Below, piece after piece: positions 29,853 through 40,158 of a DNA stretch of 64,000 nucleotides; the stretch's first letter is position 1; each line of letters begins with the position of its first letter. Origin of the DNA: Nostoc sp. DedSLP01 (GTDB taxonomy: Bacteria; Cyanobacteriota; Cyanobacteriia; Cyanobacteriales; Nostocaceae). A program made the translations under genes and the position numbers. The stretch spans positions 160,001 through 224,000 of the forward strand of contig JAVRCJ020000006.1 in assembly GCA_034530875.2 (NCBI GenBank). The letters run 5' to 3'. A model generated the notes under the pieces. The model was not told the DNA's origin, searched no databases, and saw only the letters and a list, made by a program, of their open reading frames with translations.

Positions 29853-30013
29853 TTTAATGAAAGATAATTTAAAATCTTGTTTTAAGATAGGATGGTTTTT
29901 TCTCACGCAGAGACACAGAGGAGCCAGTACGCCCTTGCGGGTTTCCCGACTTCAAGCATCTGGCGTCGCGCAGAGAGAATTAAGAGGGATATTGAGTCTT
30001 TACTAAGATTTTT

Positions 30014-30982
30014 TTAATCTTTAGCAGAATTGATTGGTTTTTGGCGAGAGAAAATATCCTTTTTAGGTTTAGAAAAGCTGACTCCAAGACTACGGAAATA
30101 TATTCCGCCAATGGTGAATAAAAATGTTATGTATCCGATGGCTTGGACGAGATAAAGTTTGTCGCTATAGCCAAATAAAGATTTGAGAACAATGCCGGGG
30201 AACTGTTCGTCAGGCAATATTGCGGAGGTATTTGAAACCATCGGTCCCAAAATACAGGAGTGAATTTTAGTAAAACGTTCGTAATAGAAACAAAGGCTTT
30301 GTGTGGCACGGCTGCTAAGGGCAAAGTTCGCTACAGCGTCGTCAAAATTTTTCAAGGCTGAAACTACTAACCCAGCGACAATTAATACTAATAAAACGCC
30401 CATCACTTGGAAGAACTGGCGGATGTTTATTTTAATGCCCCATTTAAATAAAAGCACGCCTATGGCGATCGCCACTATCAAACCTGCAAGTGCGCCGATA
30501 CCCTGTACTAATCCTTGTTGAAAGTTAGCGGCAATGAACAGAACTGTTTCAAAGCCCTCGCGAACAACAGCAATAAAAACTAAACTAAAAACACCCCAAC
30601 CTGCATTTGAGTTTTGTTTGAGTGCTTGCGTAACTGCTCCCTCAACTTGCCCTTTCATAAATTTGGCTTGTTGAGTCATCCAGATTAGCATCCAGCTTAA
30701 CATTGCGATCGCTAGGACGCTAAATACACCTTCTAGCAATGGCTCAACGACGGAAGTATATTGAGGATTAGCAGTCCCCACTACTTGAATTATCCAACCA
30801 AATAACACACCTATCAAGCCACTAATCGCAATTCCAACGCCGACGCCAGCATATACCCAAGAATTCAGTCGGGATTTTTTCGCTTTTTTGAGCAAAGCTA
30901 ACACAATTCCAACAACAAGCGCAGCTTCTACTCCTTCTCGGAGTGTAATCACAAAAGTAGGTAGAGCAGTACTAAAATTCAT
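30014..30982 (-). CDS. FTR1/EfeU iron permease
   Basis: Two RExxE motifs (REGVE, REGFE), multi-TM. Confidence 0.93.
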   Translation of the reverse strand: MNFSTALPTFVITLREGVEAALVVGIVLALLKKAKKSRLNSWVYAGVGVGIAISGLIGVLFGWIIQVVGTANPQYTSVVEPLLEGVFSVLAIAMLSWMLIWMTQQAKFMKGQVEGAVTQALKQNSNAGWGVFSLVFIAVVREGFETVLFIAANFQQGLVQGIGALAGLIVAIAIGVLLFKWGIKINIRQFFQVMGVLLVLIVAGLVVSALKNFDDAVANFALSSRATQSLCFYYERFTKIHSCILGPMVSNTSAILPDEQFPGIVLKSLFGYSDKLYLVQAIGYITFLFTIGGIYFRSLGVSFSKPKKDIFSRQKPINSAKD

Positions 30983-31082
30983 CTTTTGTCCTTTGTCATG
31001 CGTCTTTCGTCATTAGCCAGTTGCCATTTGTCAAATGTCCTTTACAAATGACCGATGACTAATGACTAATGACTAATGACTA

Positions 31083-31517
31083 TTAACTAAAATCGCGTAA
31101 CATCTTTTTCAATTCGAGATTATGCATCTCTTCTTGTCCGATCATGCCGCGAGCAAATTCTTCTAAATAAACGCTGGCATTAGTGACAGTTTCAAGGAGA
31201 CTTTTATACAAATCTAATGCCTTTTTTTCATGGGATAAGCTTTCTGCCAAAATATCTTTGACGGTATGCTTATATGTTTCTTCCATTGGAGCAATTTTTA
31301 GGGAAGGATGCCCATCTAATCCAGTAAGAATTTCTCCCACTTGTTGAGCATGAAGCAAAGATTCGCTTGCTTGTCCTTTGAAGAAAGCCACAATGGGAAT
31401 GCGGTTAGGACCAGTCACCATCAATGAATAATGTGTATAGCGTACTACTCCTGCTAGTTCAAATTCCATAATGGCGTTCAGCAGGTCGATGGTTTTTTGT
31501 TGGTCAAGTTCTTGCAT
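31083..31517 (-). CDS. bacterioferritin/ferritin-like protein
   Basis: Di-iron pattern E...Y...ESLLH...E...EEMH; 144 aa. Confidence 0.85.
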   Translation of the reverse strand: MQELDQQKTIDLLNAIMEFELAGVVRYTHYSLMVTGPNRIPIVAFFKGQASESLLHAQQVGEILTGLDGHPSLKIAPMEETYKHTVKDILAESLSHEKKALDLYKSLLETVTNASVYLEEFARGMIGQEEMHNLELKKMLRDFS

Positions 31518-31698
31518 CAGTTGTTAGTTGAAGTGACGAATATAGTGCAATTAGTTAAAAGTTATGAGTTTGGAGTGAGAAGTTAAAAGTTGATAATTTC
31601 TAAATTATTAACTTTTAACTGGTAACTTTTTACTCTTAACTCTTAACTGTTTTCTCATTTTAAACTCCTTACCATATACTTCACATTAAATCAAAATG

Positions 31699-32736
31699 TT
31701 ATCGTTGTACTGAGGAAGTAGATTTATCTATCACTTTTTGAGAGTTTTCCTCAATACTTTTCACCAGTTTGGTAACATCTTCTGGAGTTTTTACTGGTTT
31801 AGCTGGTGGAATAGCATCGGGCCAAACTTTTATCAGTTCGGCAAAACTAGCATTGATTACTTTACCTGCTTCGGAATCTTGTTGACTTACTTGGCTAGAA
31901 ATTCCTTTATATAATTCGTTGGCGTAAACAACAAATCCCCGAGAGTCTTGATACTCAATTGCTGCGGATATTTTACCATCTGCGATCGCTGCACCATATT
32001 CGGAATTAGCAGCATCGAGTAATTCGTTAATTACCTGTAAGACAAATGTTGGTTTTGAACGTTCAGTTTCTGGTAATGCGGCGATCGCTCCGTCTACTGC
32101 TGCCACTGAAGAAGTAAAATTAGTTTTAACTTTGCTATCTTTGGAATTAGATTTTACTAAATCTTGCAAACTCAGCAAAGTTGTCTTAAATTCTTTAACT
32201 TTGCGTTCGTTAAGTTGGTCTTCTACATCAACATAAATCTCTTCGACTGGGTGTCCAATATGAGGTTCTGCTTGTTTTGGCTGATTCTTATCTAGCAGTT
32301 CTTTTGCTACTAAAAGATGGCCTTTCATTAAGCCTAATTTCGACATGTAGTCAACATCTTTTGCTTCACCTGTTAAGACTACATCTTGAACGCCAACCTG
32401 GTCTTTAATTTGGTCGAATTGCTCTTGAGTAATTACTTTTTTTGTAACTAAATCTTCTGGACTACCATAAGGACGATTCGCCTGAATTTTGTTAGATAAG
32501 GCCGGTATACCTAGCTTGGCTTCAAATTTATCTAATTCTGACAATATCGCACTATTAATATTAATTTTTTCTTTGCTACTGTGACCGCTATGACTGCTAT
32601 TACTTGCTGCTTCTGTAGCTTGAGGCGCAGCTGGTGGTGCTGATGGATTTTCTGCGGTTGGCGTACTGCTACAGGAACTCAAGCTAATTATTGCCGCAGT
32701 CGCAACTGTTAAACATATATAACGAAGTTTTATCAT
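31699..32736 (-). CDS. lipoprotein with helix-hairpin-helix (ComEA/PsbU-like) domain and His/Glu-rich helical domain
   Basis: Lipobox LSSC; 'KININSA..SEL....GI...SNKI.ANRPY.SPEDL'; 'GHL', 'HIGHPVEE', 'EYQD'; RBS gaggag before ATG 32736. Confidence 0.8.
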   Translation of the reverse strand: MIKLRYICLTVATAAIISLSSCSSTPTAENPSAPPAAPQATEAASNSSHSGHSSKEKININSAILSELDKFEAKLGIPALSNKIQANRPYGSPEDLVTKKVITQEQFDQIKDQVGVQDVVLTGEAKDVDYMSKLGLMKGHLLVAKELLDKNQPKQAEPHIGHPVEEIYVDVEDQLNERKVKEFKTTLLSLQDLVKSNSKDSKVKTNFTSSVAAVDGAIAALPETERSKPTFVLQVINELLDAANSEYGAAIADGKISAAIEYQDSRGFVVYANELYKGISSQVSQQDSEAGKVINASFAELIKVWPDAIPPAKPVKTPEDVTKLVKSIEENSQKVIDKSTSSVQR

Positions 32737-32834
32737 TTTGCTCCTCACAGAATTTAAAAGGTATTAATTCAAACAGGTCAAACTAGTACTAAAAAGTAGT
32801 TGTTTGACAATTTGTCATAGATTTTACTTTCGCA

Positions 32835-32853
32835 TATAATGATATTCTTTATC
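32835..32853. promoter_or_regulatory. Fur box
   Basis: TATAATGATATTCTTTATC matches GATAATGATAATCATTATC at 16/19 positions; sits upstream of the lipoprotein-ferritin-FTR1 genes. Confidence 0.75.
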
Positions 32854-32937
32854 AACAAGTTAATTTAAAATTTTCAGCAATTAATTACGAATTAGTTATC
32901 TTGCGTTTAACTTCGCTAGAAATTACTAACTTTTTTG

Positions 32938-33981
32938 TCACGAATTGTTAACAGTCTTTTGAGACTTGCTGTCAGTAATTACTTCAAATTGACCCATACA
33001 ACCGTTTTCGGCGATCGCATCTTGATGGGGATGGAACATATACTTACCTGGATAGCGAAAAGCAAATTCTAAGATGTGCCTTTCTGCTATACCCATTGTG
33101 ATTACATCAGTTTTTTCGCTAGCAACCATACTCATGCCATAGCGATAGACATCAAAGAAGTTGGCGTGGAGATGAAAAGTTACTGCCGGATCGTATTCAA
33201 TAATGTTGAGTACATACAGCCGAATCAACTGATTTTGATAAATCGGAATGGGATGATGCATGTAATGATGGGGCAAACCATTGAAGGCGTAATAATCATT
33301 ACGACTATCATCATTCACGTCATATCCAGCCATCACTAGTACCATTTCGTCAGCTGGAGGACGAGGAGTAGGCGGATCGATGATAAACATCCCGTACAAT
33401 CCTTTAGCGATGTGACGGGTAACTGGTTCGATATGACAGTGATATAAGTGAACCCCATAAGGTTCGGCGTCAAATTCATAAATTGTGGCTTTGCCGTTGC
33501 TGACTGGGCGAATACCATCCATTTCTGCGGGATGAACGCCATGAAAATGCAAAGAGTGAGAATGTCCGGCATTGTTGAGAAAAAGCACTCGCACGCGATC
33601 GCCTTGTTTTGCCCGTAGCGTTGGTCCTGGTATGCGGCCGTTTAAATCCCAGATGTTGTATGAGACAGCGCTATTGAGTTGAATGATGGAAGTACCCGCA
33701 GTTAGCTGAAATTCTCGAATAGTACGCCCATTTTCTTTTTTCACCGTCCCATAATCAAAATCCCTTAGCATCTTCATGGGGTTAGCAACGTTGTCTGATG
33801 CTTCTAGATCGAGTGGCGGTACTTTAACAATTGACTGACTTTGTAGATTCAGCATTTGCCAAAGTCCGGCTGCACCAGTCACTCCCACACCTGCTAAACC
33901 CAGCTTCAGTAATTGACGGCGACTCCAGAGTTTATGACTTTTAACGCTTACCACTAAAAAAGAATTAAAAATTTTTTGCAA
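32938..33981 (-). CDS. Tat-exported two-domain multicopper oxidase
   Basis: SRRQLLK Tat motif; HSLHFHG, YHCH, FHLH, FHPH copper motifs; exact start uncertain. Confidence 0.9.
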   Translation of the reverse strand: MQKIFNSFLVVSVKSHKLWSRRQLLKLGLAGVGVTGAAGLWQMLNLQSQSIVKVPPLDLEASDNVANPMKMLRDFDYGTVKKENGRTIREFQLTAGTSIIQLNSAVSYNIWDLNGRIPGPTLRAKQGDRVRVLFLNNAGHSHSLHFHGVHPAEMDGIRPVSNGKATIYEFDAEPYGVHLYHCHIEPVTRHIAKGLYGMFIIDPPTPRPPADEMVLVMAGYDVNDDSRNDYYAFNGLPHHYMHHPIPIYQNQLIRLYVLNIIEYDPAVTFHLHANFFDVYRYGMSMVASEKTDVITMGIAERHILEFAFRYPGKYMFHPHQDAIAENGCMGQFEVITDSKSQKTVNNS

Positions 33982-34701
33982 TTGTTCTTGTGTATATTAT
34001 ATGAATTAGAAATTATTGTCAATAATATTGAGATATTTTCAGACTCCTGTCTAATACCGATTAGCTTTGAGGTTGCATAGAGCAAGGAGTTTAAGCCCTT
34101 TCTCTTCCATACTTAGATGTTGTCTAGTTTCACATAGAATTGACATTAGTTATTAAATTTAGAGAAACACAAAATCTATTCTGGAAAACTCTCAAGTAAA
34201 TTTTCTGGCGATCGGTATTGTTAGGTTTGTTTAATGTATATTATTTTTAAGTAAAATTAATTTTTTAGACTTCTATTTTAGATTTATAGGCTAATTCCTG
34301 TGTAAACAACACCTAACAAAAGGAGTTTGTAACTAAATGTCAGTAATAAACTGTTGCTAATAGGTAGCAGATTTAATTAACTAACAGATAAAATAAATCC
34401 AATTTGAAGGAATTTTGCATACTTCCCAACATGACAATTTTTAATAAATTTTGATATGTTATTTTCGTGTTATTGAAAACCGTATGTCATTTTTTTGTTA
34501 TTTGTATGGCATTGATGTGTAGATTCCTCCATCGCCATCAGTGAATATTGAAAGGATAGTATAGTATTCACTAAGGTCAAATTACCCAAGATATTTGATA
34601 GACGCTTGTCAAATAAGAAGTTTATCGTATATCTTTTTGCAATCAATCGGCATTATGCTCTTTGGTTGATAATTTCCCAAATTAATTATCTGAGGTCAAA
34701 A

Positions 34702-34893
34702 ATGACTACTTTTTCTCATATTTCAGTATTGCAAAAGACCGCAAGTATTACTTTGTCCAAGCCCGTGCAGATAACGCTTTATATGCTGCTATCTTCTTTA
34801 GTTATCTGGACTGTCTTGTTCTCTACCTATCCTGCGGTTCATAATGCAGCACACTCAACACGTCACCACACTTTAGGCGTTGCATGTCACTAA
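34702..34893 (+). CDS. CbtB-like small metal (cobalt) transporter subunit
   Basis: Single TM followed by 'VHNAAHSTRHHTLGVACH'; RBS gagg. Confidence 0.8.
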   Translation: MTTFSHISVLQKTASITLSKPVQITLYMLLSSLVIWTVLFSTYPAVHNAAHSTRHHTLGVACH

Positions 34894-35056
34894 ACTATCT
34901 AATTCCAAAATTTTTTCCTTGGATTAGATGATGATTTGACATCTAATAAAGTTAGCAAAACGGAATTCACAAGTCAGTCGTCAAAATTTATTTGGAATTT
35001 TGGCGGCTGATGGAAGAATAAAGGGAGTTTTTGAACTTCAACCAAAGAATATATCT

Positions 35057-35220
35057 GTAGGTTGTTAATTAGAAAAGCCCTAGCGACTAGAAGTCGCGGC
35101 TACACAGAAAAAACCCGCCTGCACGGGTTAAAAATCTAACTTTTTTAATAGTCCACGTAGGTGGACTTTGCCTGTGTAGTAGCGAATTATATTCGCCTAA
35201 TACTTTTCCAACATCCTCTA
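35057..35220. repeat. REPIN/MITE-like multi-hairpin element (copy A)
   Basis: gcggctacacag..aaacccgcctgcacgggtt..gtccacgtaggtggac..tgtgtagtagcgaat. Confidence 0.7.
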
Positions 35221-35269
35221 ACTCTTTTATTCTGAATTCTAAATTTTCAATTCTTCAACCTAAGTTTTT

Positions 35270-36439
35270 ATGAAAAAATATCGACTGTTTGGGTTTATCA
35301 GTGCTGTCTGCATCACTTTGTCAATTCTTTATTCTTTAGTAGGGAATTCTCAAACTCCTAGTTCTAGAGTGCTACTTTCTACGAACCCACCTTTAGAACG
35401 TATTCTTCCCTTTGAAGCAGAGGCAGAAAAACATCAATCTCCTGTTACCCTGACACTACAAGCTGTTGATGCTGCGGATAAATCCTTAAAAAATGCCAAA
35501 ATCAGCCTAGAAATTCTGACGCCACCATCTAACCCTTGGTTAACAACAGATTTTCCTATTGTCGAGGGAACAAAACTCTTACAAATGAATGCTGTTGCAC
35601 CTGATGGGAAACTAGAAATTCAGCAGATTTTACCCATCCGGGGAAATTATAAATTGCTAGTTAAAGTGTCACCTTTGATAGCAAATGCTTTTTCTCCTTA
35701 CGAGCAAACTTTAAATTTGAATGTCCGAGAAAATCCAGTCAAATATAAATATTTTGTCGTTATTGCAGCTATTTTACTATCAGTTGGATTGGTGGGGGGT
35801 TGGGTAATCGGCGGACAACAAGAACTACAAGAAGGAGAAATTGCGCCCCAGTCAGTGCGACTATTATTAAGTACCTTGACAGTAGTAGCGATCGCAGCTC
35901 TATTGTTTATTAACATTAGTGCAGAAGTTGCTGAAGCTCATGGTAGCGAACACCACTCAAACAGTACCGAGGTAATTGCACCATCATCCCAAAAATCGCA
36001 AGGATTGGAAATTCAACTCCAGGGAGATAAAAACGCCACTGTCGGTAAACTTGCTTCTTTAGGGCTAGAGGTGAAAGATAGCGCTACAGGACAACCGATT
36101 AAAGATGTAATATTGCAAGTAAAAGCGATCGCTCTCGAACATAATTTAACAGTCTTTGCCTCCAAAGGGCTTACCGACCGAGAAGGTAAGTTAACATGGC
36201 AAGAGCAATTTTTTGATGGTTCACCCCATAAAATCGAGGTGGAAGCAATTACCAACCCAGAATCTAGTCGGCAATTTACACCAGTAAAAGTAGCACAAGA
36301 AGTTGAAGTTGAAGCGATCGCACCACCAATTTATATCCGATTGATTGGTTTATTCTACTTCACTGTTATTGTCGGTATTGGTATGGGCATTGGATTGCTA
36401 ATACAGCATCGACGAACACCACAAGCAAGGGAAAATTAG
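35270..36439 (+). CDS. hypothetical membrane protein with two extracytoplasmic beta-rich domains and a His-rich motif
   Basis: N-terminal signal/TM, central TM pair, 'AEAHGSEHHS', C-terminal TM. Confidence 0.75.
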   Translation: MKKYRLFGFISAVCITLSILYSLVGNSQTPSSRVLLSTNPPLERILPFEAEAEKHQSPVTLTLQAVDAADKSLKNAKISLEILTPPSNPWLTTDFPIVEGTKLLQMNAVAPDGKLEIQQILPIRGNYKLLVKVSPLIANAFSPYEQTLNLNVRENPVKYKYFVVIAAILLSVGLVGGWVIGGQQELQEGEIAPQSVRLLLSTLTVVAIAALLFINISAEVAEAHGSEHHSNSTEVIAPSSQKSQGLEIQLQGDKNATVGKLASLGLEVKDSATGQPIKDVILQVKAIALEHNLTVFASKGLTDREGKLTWQEQFFDGSPHKIEVEAITNPESSRQFTPVKVAQEVEVEAIAPPIYIRLIGLFYFTVIVGIGMGIGLLIQHRRTPQAREN

Positions 36440-36456
36440 TAATATCCAGTTTTATA

Positions 36457-36639
36457 GTATTGGGCGAATGGAATTCGCTACTACACAAACGTAGGCGAAG
36501 CCTTCCCGAAGGGTAATCCACCTCCGTGGACTAAAGAAAAATCAAGTTTTTTAACCCACGGAGGTGGGTTTTGTCTGTGTAGCCGCAAATTCTATTCGCC
36601 AAGGCTAGTAATAAATTAGACTTTTCAAACAACCTCTTA
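36457..36639. repeat. REPIN/MITE-like element (copy B, inverted relative to A, with a ~25 bp extra insert)
   Basis: Reverse complement aligns with 35095-35203; insert cgtaggcgaagccttcccgaagggt at ~36490-36514. Confidence 0.7.
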
Positions 36640-36692
36640 ATAAAGGCTGGAATTGTTACTCCAAACCTTTAATTATTGAACCTTGATATTAT

Positions 36693-38321
36693 ATGTTCAA
36701 CAGACAATCGGTAGTTACTAAACATTTTCCTCCAACAGCAATTGCAAAACATTTTCCTCCAATTTGGCTCCGATTTTTAATCGTTATTTTGTTAATATTA
36801 GGGATATTTTTTCGCTTCGCATATCTGGATAGAAAAGTCTACTCCCACGATGAAGCGTATACCTCATTACGAATTTCTGGTTACACTAAGACAGAATTTG
36901 TTCGACAAGTATTTAACGGTCAAGTGTTTGCTGTTGGAGATATACAAAAATATCAACAGCCTAATTCTGAAAAAAGTTTAATCAATACAATCAATTCTTT
37001 GGCAGTGGAGGATGCTCAACATCCTCCACTTTATTACGTAATGGTTAGATTATGGATGCAATTTTTTGGCAATTCAGTAGCGACTACAAGAAGCTTGTCA
37101 GCCATAATTAGCCTCCTAGCTTTTCCATGCATTTATTGGCTATGCTTAGAATTATTTCAGTCACCCATAGCGGTATGGATAAGCGTTGCCTTTCTAACAG
37201 TCTCACCCTTCCATCTGCTATATGCACAAGAGGCAAGAGAGTTCAGTTTGTGGATGGTGACTATTTTGCTAGAGAGTGCTGCACTGCTGCAAGCAATCAG
37301 GCTGCGTAACAAGAAGTTTTGGGGGATTTATGCAGTAACAGTGGCGCTAGGATTATACACCTTTTTGTTTTCTGGATTGCTGGCGATCGCCTACGGTATT
37401 TATGTATTTGCTATTGAACGCTTTCGATTCACTAAAATTGTTAAAGCTTATTTAATAGCAACTAGCGTCGGCTTTTTAGCTTTTATTCCTTGGATTTTAA
37501 TTCTTATTAATAGCTTATCTGAAATTGAGCGCACAACAGCCAGCGCTCAAGCTAAACAATCTCTGTCAATTTTGATTTCTGGTTGGATTAGTAATATTAG
37601 CTATTTATTTGCTGATTTTTGGCGCTACGAACCATTTTTTCCAGATTTAAATTTGCCAGTTTTGCGCTGGGGTAGATTTTTAATTCCCTTAATACTAATC
37701 TTGGTAGTATATTCATTTTTATATCTTTATAATCAGGCAGGTAAACAAGTTTGGTTATTTATTTTTCTGTTAGGTGGAGTACCTGCTTTAGCTCTCATTT
37801 TACCCGATCTAATTATTGGAGGTAAAGTCAGTCTGCGACCTAGATATGTCACTGTGTCTTATGTAAGCATTCAGCTAGCTGTTGCTTATTTACTAGCAGC
37901 TCAAATTATTTCTTCTAAATTAATAGTCCGCAAATTTTGGCAATTAGTAATGGTAATACTAATTTCTAGTGGAGTTTTATCCTGTGCAGTCAGTTCTCAA
38001 GCCCAGACATGGTGGAATAAAAGCAGCCATACCAATCCTCAAATAGCTCGCATCATCAATCAAACTAACGAACCACTATTAATTAGTAGTAATTATTCCT
38101 TAAATATCGGCGATTTAATGTCTTTAATTCATCTTTTAGATAACAAAGTACAGATGCAATTGGTAATTGAACCAAGCATACCAAAGATTCCTAATAATTT
38201 CAGCGATATATTTTTGTATAATCCTTCTAAAAGATTTAGAGCCGAACTGGAGAAGAAATACAAACTAGTTGATATTTTTCACAATAGTAGGCTGTGGCAG
38301 CTAGAACAGAAAAGCAGCTAA
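36693..38321 (+). CDS. GT-C fold glycosyltransferase (family 39/PMT-like)
   Basis: 'HDEAYT', 'QHPPLYY', 'SPFHLLYAQEAREFSL'; multi-TM. Confidence 0.88.
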   Translation: MFNRQSVVTKHFPPTAIAKHFPPIWLRFLIVILLILGIFFRFAYLDRKVYSHDEAYTSLRISGYTKTEFVRQVFNGQVFAVGDIQKYQQPNSEKSLINTINSLAVEDAQHPPLYYVMVRLWMQFFGNSVATTRSLSAIISLLAFPCIYWLCLELFQSPIAVWISVAFLTVSPFHLLYAQEAREFSLWMVTILLESAALLQAIRLRNKKFWGIYAVTVALGLYTFLFSGLLAIAYGIYVFAIERFRFTKIVKAYLIATSVGFLAFIPWILILINSLSEIERTTASAQAKQSLSILISGWISNISYLFADFWRYEPFFPDLNLPVLRWGRFLIPLILILVVYSFLYLYNQAGKQVWLFIFLLGGVPALALILPDLIIGGKVSLRPRYVTVSYVSIQLAVAYLLAAQIISSKLIVRKFWQLVMVILISSGVLSCAVSSQAQTWWNKSSHTNPQIARIINQTNEPLLISSNYSLNIGDLMSLIHLLDNKVQMQLVIEPSIPKIPNNFSDIFLYNPSKRFRAELEKKYKLVDIFHNSRLWQLEQKSS

Positions 38322-38433
38322 ATTTTATATAGCATTTCTTTTGGATTCTCAATAATTTAGTATATTTTTTAAGTAAAATTTTATTATTAGCAAGGTTATA
38401 AAATTAAAAATTTTCAGAGAAATTAAGAGAAAA

Positions 38434-39579
38434 ATGCTGACAAAAATTGCTGTGGAAAAAATTCTTGAGCGTGCTTTGATGGGGTACGATTTATCTCCTG
38501 AAGAGGGGGTGGTATTGTTACAACAAAGCGATCCGGAGACGATCGCGGCAATACGTACCACATCTGATACACTCCGCCATACACAAGCAGGCGATACAGT
38601 TACCTACGTGATAAATCGTAATATTAATTTTACTAATATTTGCGAACAGCACTGTAGCTTTTGTGCTTTCCGTCGAGATGATGGCGATACAGAAGCATAT
38701 TGGTTAGATTGGGCGCAAATTTTGGAAAAGGCTACAGATGCAGTGCAACGGGGTGCAACGGAAATCTGTATGCAGGGGGGATTAAATCCACAAGCACAAA
38801 TCAACGGCAAATCATTATCCTACTACCTCAAGCTCATAGAAACCATCAAACAGGAATTTCCCCGGATACATCTCCACGCTTTCTCTCCCCAGGAAGTGCA
38901 GTTTATCGCCAGACTTGACGGACTTGAATATGCTGATGTCATCGCTGCTTTACGAGATGCTGGTGTTGGTTCAATGCCAGGAACAGCAGCAGAAGTTTTA
39001 GATGATACAGTCAGACGGATACTTTGCCCAGAAAAAATTGATACGGCGACTTGGCTAGAAATTGTCAGCACTGCTCATAAATTAGGCTTGCATACCACGA
39101 GTACCATGCTATCTGGGCATATTGAAACCCACGAACAGCAAATTGGGCATTTAGAAAAACTGCGATCGCTGCAAAAAATAGCCGTCGAGCAAGGATATCC
39201 AGCACGAATTACAGAGTTTATTTTATTACCCTTCGTTGGTCAAGAAGCACCCAAACCTTTACGTCGTCGTGTCGGACGCGACCAACCAGTTTTGCAAGAT
39301 GCACTTCTACTAGGGGCTGTAGCCCGGATTTACTTAGGAAATTGGATTCCCAATCATCAGCAGAGTTGGGTAAAACTGGGACTTGCAGGTGCAACAGAAG
39401 CCTTAGCTTGGGGCTGCAACGATATCGGCGGCACATTAATGGAAGAACACATTACCACAATGGCAGGAGCCTTGGGCGGTACGTGCATGGAAGTAGAAGC
39501 ATTACAAACAGCGATCGCTTCCTTAGGACGACCTTACCAACAACGGGATACTCTTTATCAAAGAGTCATTAGTCATTAG
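38434..39579 (+). CDS. cofH: FO (8-HDF) synthase subunit CofH, radical SAM
   Basis: '[17 protein letters not shown]' CxxxCxxC, 'SMPGTAAE', 'ND.GGTLMEE.I'. Confidence 0.9.
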   Translation: MLTKIAVEKILERALMGYDLSPEEGVVLLQQSDPETIAAIRTTSDTLRHTQAGDTVTYVINRNINFTNICEQHCSFCAFRRDDGDTEAYWLDWAQILEKATDAVQRGATEICMQGGLNPQAQINGKSLSYYLKLIETIKQEFPRIHLHAFSPQEVQFIARLDGLEYADVIAALRDAGVGSMPGTAAEVLDDTVRRILCPEKIDTATWLEIVSTAHKLGLHTTSTMLSGHIETHEQQIGHLEKLRSLQKIAVEQGYPARITEFILLPFVGQEAPKPLRRRVGRDQPVLQDALLLGAVARIYLGNWIPNHQQSWVKLGLAGATEALAWGCNDIGGTLMEEHITTMAGALGGTCMEVEALQTAIASLGRPYQQRDTLYQRVISH

Positions 39580-39756
39580 TCATTAGTCATTGGGCAAACA
39601 ATGAGTGTGGGAGGAGAAGGAGGAGAGGGGGGCATAAATTCTGTTTCTCCCCACACTCCCCACACTCCCCTGCCTATTCCCCATTCCCCACTAAATTGAT
39701 CCCCAAGATACCAATCCAGGATACGATGGACGTTGATTTACGTAGTCTTTCAGTTA

Positions 39757-40158
39757 ATGCTTATGAAGCGCTATTGGTCGCGTCTGCTTGCGCTCGTTTT
39801 AGTTGTAGCTATCGGCTTAATGGGCTGTTCTAGTCCAGATACTTTGACTGGTGATTATCGCCAAGACACTTTGGCTGTGGTCAATATTATGAGACAAGCC
39901 ATAGAACTTTCACCAGATTCACCAAACAAAGGAGCAATTCAAGCAGAAGCGCGTCAAAAAATAAATGACTTTTCAGCTCGCTATCAACGAGCCAACTCTG
40001 TTTCTGGTCTTGGTTCCTTTACAACTATGCGAACAGCCCTCAATTCTCTAGCTGGACATTACAGTTCTTACCCTAATCGTCCTGTACCTGAAAAACTCAA
40101 AAACCGTTTAGAGAAAGAGTTACAACAGGTAGAATCAGCCCTCAAGCGTGGCGGTTAA
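39757..40158 (+). CDS. psb27: photosystem II assembly lipoprotein Psb27
   Basis: Lipobox LMGC; 'LTGDYRQDT', 'SFTTMRTALNSLAGHY...NRPVPEKLK'. Confidence 0.95.
   Translation: MLMKRYWSRLLALVLVVAIGLMGCSSPDTLTGDYRQDTLAVVNIMRQAIELSPDSPNKGAIQAEARQKINDFSARYQRANSVSGLGSFTTMRTALNSLAGHYSSYPNRPVPEKLKNRLEKELQQVESALKRGG

Noticed and set aside
33982..34701. Cobalamin riboswitch expected before cbtB (also checked 28209-28916)
   Set aside because: No B12-box or conserved core visible; the regions are very AT-rich
36720..36762. 16-bp direct repeat giving KHFPP twice in the GT39 N-terminus
   Set aside because: Small in-frame local duplication with no evident functional significance
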